NCBI GenBank assembly: GCA_965205975.1
Contig: OZ242195.1
Location: forward strand, 5,312,001 to 5,376,000
Source of the DNA: Candidatus Latescibacterota bacterium
GTDB taxonomy: Bacteria; Latescibacterota; UBA2968
Direction of reading: 5' to 3'
Length of the DNA stretch: 64,000 nt
Position numbers and translations under genes: made by a program. The notes under the pieces are model-generated. The model made no database searches. It had not been told where the DNA came from and saw nothing but the letters and a program-made list of their open reading frames with translations. This document shows positions 1 to 9,501 of this stretch, in pieces (the first letter of the stretch is position 1; each line of letters starts with the position of its first letter).

Positions 1-37
1 CGCTCACTATTGCCTCCATAAAGATGTAAAAAAATCA

Positions 38-1237
38 TTATCCAATCAGTGCCTGGTACACGAGTGTCTTGAATTCGGCGCGAATGCGGTAGTAATTTGC
101 GGGCATAAATTGCGTGAGCAATAGCCCGACGAGTTCTTCTTCATAATCGATCCAGAACGCAGTTGTTGCCGCACCACCCCAGCGAAATGTGCCCACACTG
201 CCGGGACCGCCAGCGGCAGCGTCGAGCAAAATCGCGCCTCCCAATCCAAAACCTTCACCCGATAGATTTGCCAGTCCGAGGGAGATGGGCATCAGTTCGT
301 CGGGCAAGTGGTTCATTGTCATCAGTTCGACGGTTTTGCGCCCCAGAAGGCGTACGCCTTGAAACGCGCCCCCATTGAGCATCAGGTGGCAAAAGCGAAT
401 ATAATCAGAGGCTGTGGAGACCAATCCGCCACCACCGGAAAAGAATTTTTGCGGACTGGAAAATTTGCTGGTCGCCGGGTCGTCAATCACGCGAATCCCA
501 CCTTCTTGTGCCGGGCCGTAATTTGTTGCAAACCGATGTCCCTGGCCCTCGCGCACCCAAAATTCCGTGTCTTCCATGCCGAGGGGATCTAAAATTCGCT
601 CTCTGAAAAACGCATTGAGAGGCATGCCGGAGACAACTTCGACAAAATGTCCGAGTACATCGGTCGATACGCTGTAGCGCCAGGCTGCGCCCGGTTGATT
701 CGCCAGGGGTAGCGTTGCCAGTGTTTGTACCATTTCTTTTGCGGAATGGTCCGGCCGATTAATTTTTGCCTGATTATACATTTGTTCGACGGGCGAATTG
801 CCCATAAAGCCATAGGTCAGTCCCGATGTGTGGGTCATCAAATGGCGAATCGTGATTTCTCGCTCCAGGTCCTCTGACGGAGCACCTGTACCCGCGAAGA
901 CTTGTACATCTTTTAATTCTGGAATAAAATCCGATACGGGGTCATCCAATTGAAAAAGCCCCTCTTCAAAGAGCATCATGGCCGCGACAGTTGTGATCGG
1001 TTTGGTCATTGAATAAATTCGAAAGATCGTGTCGCGCGTTGTGGGTACTTTTGTGTCTTGCGTTCCGAAACAAGAAAAATGCGCGATTTTGCCCTGCCGA
1101 CAAACCATCGTTATGATGCTGACGAGTTTGCCTTCGTCGATATAGCGTTGCATTACGCGGTTGATGCGGTGCAAGCGCGTAGCTGATAGTCCCACATCTT
1201 CTGGTGCAACAATGGGAAGCCCTGGATCACTGTTCAA
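38..1237 (-). CDS. Serine hydrolase, beta-lactamase-related family
   Basis: SxxK motif (YSMTK), LMTHTSGL, WRYS and C-terminal WGGAA motifs. Confidence 0.85.
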   Translation of the reverse strand: MNSDPGLPIVAPEDVGLSATRLHRINRVMQRYIDEGKLVSIITMVCRQGKIAHFSCFGTQDTKVPTTRDTIFRIYSMTKPITTVAAMMLFEEGLFQLDDPVSDFIPELKDVQVFAGTGAPSEDLEREITIRHLMTHTSGLTYGFMGNSPVEQMYNQAKINRPDHSAKEMVQTLATLPLANQPGAAWRYSVSTDVLGHFVEVVSGMPLNAFFRERILDPLGMEDTEFWVREGQGHRFATNYGPAQEGGIRVIDDPATSKFSSPQKFFSGGGGLVSTASDYIRFCHLMLNGGAFQGVRLLGRKTVELMTMNHLPDELMPISLGLANLSGEGFGLGGAILLDAAAGGPGSVGTFRWGGAATTAFWIDYEEELVGLLLTQFMPANYYRIRAEFKTLVYQALIG

Positions 1238-1252
1238 AATTCGCTCCTTTTT

Positions 1253-2404
1253 TTATGGTTCAATCAGATTGTCGTTAATATAGTCCCAGTTGAAATCAAA
1301 TCCCAGACCTGGTAGCTGAGGGAGGATGACATTGCCGTCATCATCCATGGGATCTACAATGGAATTCAAATAGGGTGGTGGAGTTTCGTAGTCGAAGTCG
1401 GGGCGCAAGAGGCCGCGTTCGTAGTATTCACAGGTTGCTTCTGTTGTTGCGCCCAGGATTTGACAGTTTGCCCATCCGCCATAGTGCATTTCACACTGAA
1501 TGCCGAAGGCCTGGGCTATGTTGACCATTTTGTAGCATCCCGTGATGCCGCCATAGTTTTGATCGATGCGCAGCATGTCACATGCGCCCTGGAGCACCCA
1601 TTCGGCGCGTGTGAAGACGCCGCCGGGAATGTGTTCTGGCGAGAGTATGGCGATGTCCAGTTCGCGGGTCAATCGTCGGTATGCTTCTGTTCGCGTTTCG
1701 ATCATGGGATGTTCCAGCCAGTAATAGTTCAGTTTTTCCAGTTCGCGGCCGACCCACAAAGATTGCTCCAAAGTATAGACGCCAAAGGGGTCTAACATCA
1801 AGACCATGTCATCGCCGACAGCTTCGCGCACGGCCTTGCATACTTCCACGTCTTCTTTGGGAAATCCGGGCACCTGAGGGGCAGGTTCCCAGGTGTGTGG
1901 GTTCCAGCAGATGTACGCGTGAACTTTGTAGGCTTTGTATCCCTGTTTTTTGCATTCGAGCGCATGTTCGGCATAGTCTTCGGGTTTGCCGATGTTTGGA
2001 AAGGTGCTGGCATAAGCTTTGACTTTGTCGCGGGCACCTCCCAGTATTTTGTGAACGGGGAGGTCAACCATTCTGCCGAGCAGATCCCAAAGGGCGCAAT
2101 CGACTGCGCCCATAACATGCTCGGGCAAGCTATGACCGAAGGTGACGAGTTGGTCCATCCAGTTCCAGATTTTTTCACGCGCAAGAGGATCTTCACCGAT
2201 CAACATGCGCTTGATTGGACCTTCGAGATATTGCCGATCGCCACCGACCATATATCCTTCGAGACCTTCGTCTGTTACGATTTTGAAGATCGAGCTTGCC
2301 GATTCTTTTTGCTCTTCTCCCCAGATGCCGTAGCCCCACTTACTCGGTCGAGACCTGCCGCCTGGCGTGCGGAATGTAATTACTTCGATGTCTGTAATTT
2401 TCAT
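1253..2404 (-). CDS. Mandelate racemase/muconate lactonizing (enolase superfamily) enzyme
   Basis: VDCALWDLLG, KxK (AYKVH), LMLD, WLEHP metal-ligand motifs. Confidence 0.85.
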   Translation of the reverse strand: MKITDIEVITFRTPGGRSRPSKWGYGIWGEEQKESASSIFKIVTDEGLEGYMVGGDRQYLEGPIKRMLIGEDPLAREKIWNWMDQLVTFGHSLPEHVMGAVDCALWDLLGRMVDLPVHKILGGARDKVKAYASTFPNIGKPEDYAEHALECKKQGYKAYKVHAYICWNPHTWEPAPQVPGFPKEDVEVCKAVREAVGDDMVLMLDPFGVYTLEQSLWVGRELEKLNYYWLEHPMIETRTEAYRRLTRELDIAILSPEHIPGGVFTRAEWVLQGACDMLRIDQNYGGITGCYKMVNIAQAFGIQCEMHYGGWANCQILGATTEATCEYYERGLLRPDFDYETPPPYLNSIVDPMDDDGNVILPQLPGLGFDFNWDYINDNLIEP

Positions 2405-2522
2405 GGGGTCCTCAATTCATAAAGATAAAAAGAAATACAGATTACTCGTGATGTTTCAAATTAGCTTCTTATACTGAAAAATCAAGGTTGACGTACTCCC
2501 CCCCTGTTCATTTCCGAAACAC

Positions 2523-2557
2523 AAAAAGGCTTACAAGAATTCCTGTAAGCCTTTTTT
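2523..2557 (-). terminator. Intrinsic terminator downstream of the displaced tRNA-Val 3' half
   Basis: AAAAAGGCTTACA-N8-TGTAAGCCTTTTTT inverted repeat with A/T tails. Confidence 0.7.
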
Positions 2558-2562
2558 ATTTA

Positions 2563-2614
2563 TGGTGGGCGATACTGGATTCGAACCAGTGACCTCCTGC
2601 TTGTAAGGCAGGCG
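2563..2614 (-). repeat. att-like duplication of the 3' 52 nt of tRNA-Val(TAC)
   Basis: Matches 7220-7271 except one base (2594 C vs 7251 T); includes CCA end, T-arm and anticodon arm. Confidence 0.92.
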
Positions 2615-2762
2615 TTATTGTAATATTTACAATAACTTACAAAAGTGTAAAATCAAAAGTAACATTGGAGAATGGATATTAATGGGGTCTACAGGTAGCA
2701 ACAGGTACGATTTCTGGTCGAATAGTGGGCAGATTTATCTTCGTTACGTGTGTTCGATCATT

Positions 2763-5222
2763 CTAAGATACGCGTATTTCAATAGGCGTTGTGATACCAA
2801 GCTGGGTAGCAACTGGAATGTAAATATCAACACTTTCAGGGGGAGTATGTATCGATACAACCAAAGAATACCGACAGCTTTTTTCCCATCCTCCTAGATG
2901 GGCTCTATCCCTCCACCATCCACCAATAGGCCATACCGCGATAAGATTCGACGTAGCCAATTCTACAGCAGGTCCCCTCCAAATATCAGAATGAATCGAA
3001 CCCACATCACGGTTTTGCGAGCCAATCACCCATTTATCGGTTGGTCCTGAAGTGCCCGGACGATCTTTGCCTTCCCTTGCTTGGGTATTGATGCGTTGTC
3101 CAAATTCATCTTCTAATTCAGCCGGTCCTTTGACACTGAATCGCAGTCCATGTGAAGGATATCGATATTTGTCTTGCCAACCCACTTCCCCAGGTCCAGG
3201 CTCAATAAAGTAGGAAAGGGTCACACGCATTTCTACGTCTATTTCCTGCAATTCTTTAAGTGCTTCAAGCGGCCACGGAAGCGCATAAAGATGCATCTCC
3301 CGAGTTTTTGGCCTTCCGCTTTTCCCTCTCTCAAAAGGCTGGATCTCTGCTTGTGATATCAAAGTTAGAGTATTCGCTGCACAGTAAAGAGCCTTATTTA
3401 GATCAGGAACCCCATATCCGCATATTCTCAGCAAGTTCCCGTAAGCAGTCTTGCTCTCATCACTTAGAAACTGGTCCTTCATAGTATCCGTCCACGATGC
3501 GCTGTGGACCATCAACGCTCGTACTGTTTCCGGCCAAGCATCTGGATATTCTTTCTGGATTCTGGCCGCCATCCAAGCACCCTGAGCAGTCGCAGCACTG
3601 GTTGCAAGAAAAGATTCAAACTGATTCATCTGAGGGTCCGAAGATGTCGATAGAAGGGACAGATCTTCAGCAGAATAAATAGACTGATGAGGCCCCTCGG
3701 CGACATTCCCGCCCTCAAGCAGTATTTCCGGTTTAACAGGCCATCTCTTTTGCCAATCGAGAGAGGTTGTACTAAACGGCGATAGTCCACCCAGTGGCGC
3801 GACCGGACTGTAGCCCTGCAGCGTCGGGTCTGTAATCGTCACCTTTTCGGTATGGGCACCAACGGTAAGAGCATTCCAAGCCTGACCAGGATCATGAATT
3901 TCATTGGTCTGATTTGAGTCTGGATACCGTTTCCATTCATCCGGGTCTTGGATGTTTCCTGCACTCACAACGGCCAATTGCTTGGAGCCATCATCGTTGC
4001 CAGAAGTCACACTATCAAGTGTTGCTGACCAAGATGACGGCCTTCCTCTGTCCCTGGAATCCGTGGAAGTTATGGCCAGACATGTGATACGTTTACGCCC
4101 AGGAGCTTGGATTTCCGCCCGACTGATTCCCTGTGCAGTCATATGCCCCCAAAGTTCTCTTTCATTTCGATCAGGAGGCGGTGGCAGAATTTTGGCCGAC
4201 TCTAAAATATGGGAGATCTGTAGCGATTCGCCTGATTGCAGAATCTCAAGGAGATCTCCATAGGTAACGACACCAGCCATCAAAGTTCCATGGCCGTCAT
4301 GATCGTGTGTACCCCAATTTGGATCTACGGTATGAAGATCGGGGTCCGCCAATACAGGGTGGATCAGAGAGTGACCGTTGTTTATTCCAGTGTCCAAAAT
4401 GCAAACAGCAACATCCGTGTGTTCGTCGAATTCCGTTCTGCTCAGGATATTTCGAACTGCATCAGTCTGTAGGACGTTTTCCATTGTAATATAAAATGTC
4501 GCCACTTCTTTTCCACTTCTGAGTTCGGCGACATGATCCGAAAATTCGACAATCCCCTCCAATTGCGTGCGGTTTGCTCTGATGAGTTTTACAGTACGTT
4601 CTGGAAATTTGAGCAACCCGCCAGCTTGTTCAATACCCTGCTTTTGAAGCGATGAATCAAACACACTGATTGTTTCATCATCATCGCTACTCAGCCAAAC
4701 TTCAATCCATGCAGGATTTTCATTGGGAAGCAATCCAGAGTCATCTTGCCAGAATGATTCAAGCACGGACTTGCGAATATCTGCAATGCTTTCAACCAAT
4801 TTCTGATTTTTGGGCTTGCCTGTCGGTGTCTCTTCAGAGGCATACCGGGTAATTCTCCTGAGAAAGTATCCCCTCTTCGAGTGAGGAATATAAACAGTCG
4901 CATAAATTACTTCCTCTCCATCTTCGACTTTCCTGCGAACGTTTAGAAGCCGAATGTCCAGAGAACGATTTTCAAGACTTTTAAGCATGAGATCGCACCC
5001 GGGATCACTCATGAAATCGAGATACGCCCCTTGACGTGCTACGTGAATAGCTGCTTGCCTGTCCTCCACTTCCTCCCAGGCTGCATCAAGTTGGGTTTGA
5101 AGAAAGGTGCTATGATCTACACGATTGCGTGGACGTGTTCTGAATCTCCCACTTCCGCCCCCTGGCCGGGTAAACCCCTTGGTCTGAGTAGGATTGTCAA
5201 TGAAGATGTGTCTGTAGTTCAT
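2763..5222 (-). CDS. ietS: S8 (subtilisin-like) serine protease, IetS-like toxin/defence protein
   Basis: Catalytic triad motifs ILDTGIN, HGTLMAG, ATSAAT; VVSAGN; directly downstream of an AAA ATPase. Confidence 0.8.
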   Translation of the reverse strand: MNYRHIFIDNPTQTKGFTRPGGGSGRFRTRPRNRVDHSTFLQTQLDAAWEEVEDRQAAIHVARQGAYLDFMSDPGCDLMLKSLENRSLDIRLLNVRRKVEDGEEVIYATVYIPHSKRGYFLRRITRYASEETPTGKPKNQKLVESIADIRKSVLESFWQDDSGLLPNENPAWIEVWLSSDDDETISVFDSSLQKQGIEQAGGLLKFPERTVKLIRANRTQLEGIVEFSDHVAELRSGKEVATFYITMENVLQTDAVRNILSRTEFDEHTDVAVCILDTGINNGHSLIHPVLADPDLHTVDPNWGTHDHDGHGTLMAGVVTYGDLLEILQSGESLQISHILESAKILPPPPDRNERELWGHMTAQGISRAEIQAPGRKRITCLAITSTDSRDRGRPSSWSATLDSVTSGNDDGSKQLAVVSAGNIQDPDEWKRYPDSNQTNEIHDPGQAWNALTVGAHTEKVTITDPTLQGYSPVAPLGGLSPFSTTSLDWQKRWPVKPEILLEGGNVAEGPHQSIYSAEDLSLLSTSSDPQMNQFESFLATSAATAQGAWMAARIQKEYPDAWPETVRALMVHSASWTDTMKDQFLSDESKTAYGNLLRICGYGVPDLNKALYCAANTLTLISQAEIQPFERGKSGRPKTREMHLYALPWPLEALKELQEIDVEMRVTLSYFIEPGPGEVGWQDKYRYPSHGLRFSVKGPAELEDEFGQRINTQAREGKDRPGTSGPTDKWVIGSQNRDVGSIHSDIWRGPAVELATSNLIAVWPIGGWWRDRAHLGGWEKSCRYSLVVSIHTPPESVDIYIPVATQLGITTPIEIRVS

Positions 5223-5234
5223 ACCACGAATCCC

Positions 5235-6200
5235 TTATTCTCGCCAATGAGTCGCTTTACGCTCAGCCAACATCTGTATCAGCAGTGGCTCATCCACTCT
5301 CTTTTTGTCATTCAAAATGGCGAACTTGACGGCATCGCGGCAAGAATAGTCGATTTCAGCATGGCTCAGTCCGGCACTCTCTTTCACAATTTGCGTCCAG
5401 GGAAGGCGGGCAGGTAGAAAGGAACCCAGCACATTTCGTATAAGACGTTTTCGGGCATCATCAGACGGATTATCATAATACAGCACATCATCGAATCGTC
5501 TAAAGAGAGCCCTGTCAAGATTCCGAGGGCTATTGGTGGCAGCTATGATCAGACTGTCTGAAGAGTCGTTTTCGATAAATTGAAGGAATGCATTCAGGAC
5601 GCGACGCATCTCTCCTACATCGTTTTCTAAACTTCGTTCTCCTCCGATGGCATCAAATTCATCAAAAAGAAAAACGCCCTTTTCCTTCTCTATAAATTCA
5701 AAGATCTGCCGCAATTTCGCACTCGTTTCTCCCATGAATTTGGTGACGAGCTTATCAACCTGCACAGTATGCAGAATTAAGCTTAATTCATGTGCAAGAA
5801 CCTGAGCACTCATTGTCTTGCCTGTTCCAGGGGCCCCTATTAGAAGAATTTTCCGCCTATTTGATAGACCATGAGTTTTAAGCTTATTCTGCTGTCTATA
5901 CTCAAAGATGATTCGATCTATACGCTTTCTCAGAGACTCCAACAATACCAATGAGGACAGAGAGACAGATGGTTTCTCTGAAATAACAAGGCCACTTAAA
6001 TCCTGTGGAAATTTGATAGTTCTGAAAGAACCGCGTTCTTGCTTTGCCTTGTCGACCAATTTACGTATATCGTGTGCAAGAGCACCATGCCCTAGTCTCG
6101 CTTCGTGCGCAGCTACTTGAAGAGCAATGGTCACGAAATGCTCAGAGTCATCAATGATATATGATCGAATCAATGACTTTATTTGCTCTGCTGTTGCCAT
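5235..6200 (-). CDS. ietA: AAA+ ATPase, IetA-like partner of the S8 protease
   Basis: Walker A GAPGTGKT, Walker B FLFDEFD, AATN...LDRALFRRFD. Confidence 0.82.
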   Translation of the reverse strand: MATAEQIKSLIRSYIIDDSEHFVTIALQVAAHEARLGHGALAHDIRKLVDKAKQERGSFRTIKFPQDLSGLVISEKPSVSLSSLVLLESLRKRIDRIIFEYRQQNKLKTHGLSNRRKILLIGAPGTGKTMSAQVLAHELSLILHTVQVDKLVTKFMGETSAKLRQIFEFIEKEKGVFLFDEFDAIGGERSLENDVGEMRRVLNAFLQFIENDSSDSLIIAATNSPRNLDRALFRRFDDVLYYDNPSDDARKRLIRNVLGSFLPARLPWTQIVKESAGLSHAEIDYSCRDAVKFAILNDKKRVDEPLLIQMLAERKATHWRE

Positions 6201-6289
6201 AAAGTGTCACCTCCTGCATCAAAATACTGCACATTAGTATACTGTGCAACAAATTTTGAATGCTTTTGAGATGATAAGCACACTCTAAA

Positions 6290-6769
6290 TTGCTGTCAAC
6301 TCAGTCTTTTAAGCTGTTTTGGTGTGAATTTATCCAGGTTGGAAATGCAATCCGTGTCTTTCAGGAAACATTCGAGAATTTTGAACCCGAAAATGTAAAG
6401 GACCTGCTTGAGCGGAATGAAATACAGAAGGGAGAGCTCCTTTGGCAGGGAGGATCAGGTCTTTGTGTTGCCCAGAAAGACTGCCTAAGGTTACCTAAAA
6501 AAAAGATTGATGTTCTGAGTTTACAGAGTCATGGTAGCAACCCAAAGAAGACTTTCTATGCTGACTACCTGATTCCAGTCGGAGCGCTTTTGGAAACGCC
6601 TCAAGGTAGGAAAACGAAGCCATTGCCCGAGGCTGTTCCTAAGATTCTGAATCGTTTTGTAAGAAAATTCATGAAACCTTTATCTCTGTTGACGGAAAGA
6701 GACGTTTTACAGGTAATCCAGGGAGGCTGTCGTGCTTCACCCAATTATCGCTTTAGATCAGGTGATTGA
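6290..6769 (+). CDS. Hypothetical ORF in islet, possibly a gene remnant
   Basis: 159-codon open frame with a non-ATG start; no recognisable motif. Confidence 0.3.
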   Translation: MLSTQSFKLFWCEFIQVGNAIRVFQETFENFEPENVKDLLERNEIQKGELLWQGGSGLCVAQKDCLRLPKKKIDVLSLQSHGSNPKKTFYADYLIPVGALLETPQGRKTKPLPEAVPKILNRFVRKFMKPLSLLTERDVLQVIQGGCRASPNYRFRSGD

Positions 6770-7036
6770 CGAATACCGCAATTTTCGGATACCCCGCATT
6801 GACAAAACAGCCGATGTCAATGTCTCTACGTCTGGCGTGTCGCACTCAGCCAGTGTATCTCCGATCTGAAAAAATTCCTGCCATGCCTGGTCCGAAGCAT
6901 CAGCCAAGGAATTTACATCCTTTTCCTTTTGCATCTGGGGAGCACTTTGGGGCTTTTTAAGTTGCCAACTCTTAATGAGTTTCTGAAGATATTTCACCTT
7001 ATCCTCTGGCAATCCTACTACGTTGAGTATTTTCAT
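6758..7036 (-). CDS. Small hypothetical protein, possibly antitoxin-like
   Basis: ATG at 7036 preceded by GGAGG; MKILNVVGLPEDKVKYLQKLI... Confidence 0.5.
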   Translation of the reverse strand: MKILNVVGLPEDKVKYLQKLIKSWQLKKPQSAPQMQKEKDVNSLADASDQAWQEFFQIGDTLAECDTPDVETLTSAVLSMRGIRKLRYSSIT

Positions 7037-7174
7037 ATTGACCTCCCAACTTCCAGTAAATGACCATCTCTGGGTTAGCCATATCTCAAGTGGTATGGTG
7101 GTGTTAGACAACTAACTGAATTTACGGTAATTCAATCCGTTGTCAATTTGTAATATGTTGGAGAGAGGCGAAAC

Positions 7175-7212
7175 AAAAAGGGACTACGCATCAATTTACG
7201 TAACCCCTTTTT
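7175..7212 (-). terminator. Probable terminator downstream of intact tRNA-Val
   Basis: AAAAAGGG-ACTACG...CGTAAC-CCCTTTTT imperfect inverted repeat. Confidence 0.55.
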
Positions 7213-7219
7213 GTGTTTA

Positions 7220-7296
7220 TGGTGGGCGATACTGGATTCGAACCAGTGACTTCCTGCTTGTAAGGCAGGCGCTCTAACCAACTGAGCTAACCGCCC
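7220..7296 (-). tRNA. tRNA-Val(TAC)
   Basis: GGGCGGTTAGCTCAGTTGGTTAGAGCGCCTGCCTTACAAGCAGGAAGTCACTGGTTCGAATCCAGTATCGCCCACCA cloverleaf with encoded CCA. Confidence 0.96.
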
Positions 7297-7308
7297 GGAT
7301 AATAAAAC

Positions 7309-7563
7309 CTATCTCACATCGGTTGATGGCTCCTCTTCTTTCTGCCTGCTGAGCAGGGCTACTGGGATGAATACGCAGTAACCGAGTACGAGCAGTAGCG
7401 GGGCAAGGGTGAGCGACATAAAACCATCGACTGGCGGTAGGGAGAGAAAAACATAGCCCAGTGCAATGGTGACAAGCCCCAACCCAAAAAGCCATATATT
7501 CCGTTCCGCATAGGGCAGTTTTGGTCGGGGTTTGGGACGTTGTCGCGCTCTGCGAGGAGGCAT
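7309..7563 (-). CDS. Small two-TM membrane protein (DUF3098-like)
   Basis: Basic N-terminus, two hydrophobic helices, LTLAPLLLVLGY motif. Confidence 0.65.
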   Translation of the reverse strand: MPPRRARQRPKPRPKLPYAERNIWLFGLGLVTIALGYVFLSLPPVDGFMSLTLAPLLLVLGYCVFIPVALLSRQKEEEPSTDVR

Positions 7564-7573
7564 AATAGAATTC

Positions 7574-7921
7574 CTATCGACGTTCTGCAATGCGGGCAGC
7601 ACGACCGCGCAGATCGCGCAGGTAATAAATTTTTGATCGCCGCACTTTACCGCGACGCAGCACTTCTATTTTCGCTATGCGAGGCGTGTGTAGTGGAAAG
7701 ATGCGCTCTACCCCAACGCCACCCGTGCTAATTTTGCGAACCGTAAATGTCGCGTGAATACCCGCTCCCCGGCGCTGGATGACCACACCCTCAAAAAGCT
7801 GGATGCGTTCTTTTTCGCCTTCTACCACACGGACATGCACGCGCACGGTATCGCCGGCTTCAAACTTGGGCACATCATCGCGCAGTTGTGCTTCGGAAAC
7901 AGATTTCAAAATGGCATCCAT
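7574..7921 (-). CDS. rplS: 50S ribosomal protein L19
   Basis: [46 protein letters not shown]. Confidence 0.98.
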   Translation of the reverse strand: MDAILKSVSEAQLRDDVPKFEAGDTVRVHVRVVEGEKERIQLFEGVVIQRRGAGIHATFTVRKISTGGVGVERIFPLHTPRIAKIEVLRRGKVRRSKIYYLRDLRGRAARIAERR

Positions 7922-7965
7922 GATTTACATACTCCTGAAAAAAATTAAAGTTCAAACAAAGTTGG

Positions 7966-8634
7966 TTATTCCAACAGGTCGGGGCGTCGCTCAAGCGTGC
8001 GTTGCCGCGCGTTGTCTCGCCGCCATTGGGCGACTTTTTTGTGATCTCCGCTGAGCAATGCCTCTGGCACGGTCAGGCCTTCAAATTCACGAGGTCGCGT
8101 GTACCAAGCACAATCCAACAGGCCATTTTGAAACGAGTCTTCGAGTGCCGACTCGGCATTGCCAATGGCACCGGGAATCAACCGAATCAACGCATCGATC
8201 AAAATGAGGGCGGGCAATTCGCCGCCGCTGAGGACATAATCACCAATTGAAATTTCATCATCGACATAGTTTTCGCGAACGCGCTCATCAATGCCGCGAT
8301 AGTGGCCGCACAACAATACGAGATGATCCGACAAAGACAATTCATTGGCCACAGATTGCGTAAATAGCCGGCCTTGAGGCGTGAGAAAAATTACGCGGCC
8401 ACCTGTGGGGAGTGCTTCTATCGCGCGTGCAATGGGTTCGGGTTTGAAGATCATCCCCGCACCGCCGCCATAAGGCGTATCGTCGATTGTTTTGTGCTTG
8501 TCGTCTGCGTGGTCTCGAAGGTCGTGCGCCAAAACGTCGATCAATCCCGCATCAATGGCGCGTCGCGGGATACTGTACTTCAGTACATCCCAAATCAAAT
8601 CGGGAAAAATTGTGATCACGTCTATTCGCATCAC
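7966..8634 (-). CDS. trmD: tRNA (guanine37-N1)-methyltransferase
   Basis: DDTPYGGGAGM, SIGDYVLSGGE motifs; synteny. Confidence 0.97.
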   Translation of the reverse strand: MMRIDVITIFPDLIWDVLKYSIPRRAIDAGLIDVLAHDLRDHADDKHKTIDDTPYGGGAGMIFKPEPIARAIEALPTGGRVIFLTPQGRLFTQSVANELSLSDHLVLLCGHYRGIDERVRENYVDDEISIGDYVLSGGELPALILIDALIRLIPGAIGNAESALEDSFQNGLLDCAWYTRPREFEGLTVPEALLSGDHKKVAQWRRDNARQRTLERRPDLLE

Positions 8635-8645
8635 AGATGGTCGTC

Positions 8646-9179
8646 CTACAAAAGTCCTTCGATTTCCTGAACGACAATTTTGCCAGCTTTTTGATCCACG
8701 CGGACAATCTCGCGTACGGCCGGGATCAATACGTCTTCGCCATTGCGATCTACCACATACACATCGTTGGCCGGATACGACAAGACTTCTACGACATGTC
8801 CCACCATTGCGCCGGATGCTGTTTCAACTGGCAATCCCTCGAGTTCAAAAACGTAAAACGAATTGTCGGGCAAGGGATACACGGCATCGCGGGCTACTAA
8901 AATGAAGTGCTCGCGCAATCGCCTCACATGCTCAGGGGTGTCAATGTCTTGAAATTTGATTGCCAGGCGAGAACCATAAGCGTGTACATAAGCCACATTC
9001 AATACAGAATATGTGCCGTCGGGCGCTTCGATGCGCACAGAGTCCAAATCGTCAAATCGTTGCGGGAAGTCGGTCAGCGGCAGCAGAAAAGCTTCACCCC
9101 GAATGCCTCGGGGTTTCATAATTTTGCCAACCGTGATAAAGCCTGTGCTGGAGTGGTTTAATTCAGTATCCGGCTCCAA
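8646..9179 (-). CDS. rimM: 16S rRNA processing protein RimM
   Basis: VGKIMKPRGIRGE, ANDVYVV, LIPAV; between rpsP and trmD. Confidence 0.93.
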   Translation of the reverse strand: MEPDTELNHSSTGFITVGKIMKPRGIRGEAFLLPLTDFPQRFDDLDSVRIEAPDGTYSVLNVAYVHAYGSRLAIKFQDIDTPEHVRRLREHFILVARDAVYPLPDNSFYVFELEGLPVETASGAMVGHVVEVLSYPANDVYVVDRNGEDVLIPAVREIVRVDQKAGKIVVQEIEGLL

Positions 9180-9182
9180 GAC

Positions 9183-9485
9183 TTATTCCTCAGATGGGGC
9201 TTCTGACTCAGCATCCTCAGGTTGTGCGTCTTCATCGCGATTTTGTTTGAGCAGACCCTTTTGGCGAAATAAACTGCGCACTGTATCGGAGGGCTGTGCG
9301 CCTACGCCCAACCAATACTTTATGCGGTCTTCTTTCAATTCGATAATCTGGGGATCTTTTGTCGGATTATAATGCCCCAAAATCTCGATGAATCGACCGT
9401 CGCGCGGTGAGGTGGCATCGGCCGCTACCACGCGGTAGAACGGTGCTTTTTTTGCGCCCATACGACGTAAGCGAAGTCGAACCAA
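9183..9485 (-). CDS. rpsP: 30S ribosomal protein S16
   Basis: [39 protein letters not shown] start after AAGGAG. Confidence 0.97.
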   Translation of the reverse strand: MVRLRLRRMGAKKAPFYRVVAADATSPRDGRFIEILGHYNPTKDPQIIELKEDRIKYWLGVGAQPSDTVRSLFRQKGLLKQNRDEDAQPEDAESEAPSEE

Positions 9486-9501
9486 ATCAAACTCCTTTGT
9501 G

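Larger units (their letters stand above)
2563..7271. mobile_element. Genomic islet integrated at tRNA-Val(TAC); no integrase gene present
   Basis: Bounded by the 52-bp direct repeat; cargo is an AAA ATPase + S8 protease and two small ORFs. Confidence 0.8.

Noticed and set aside
2563..2614. Second functional tRNA-Val
   Set aside because: Lacks the D-arm and 5' acceptor strand; it is an att-type fragment.
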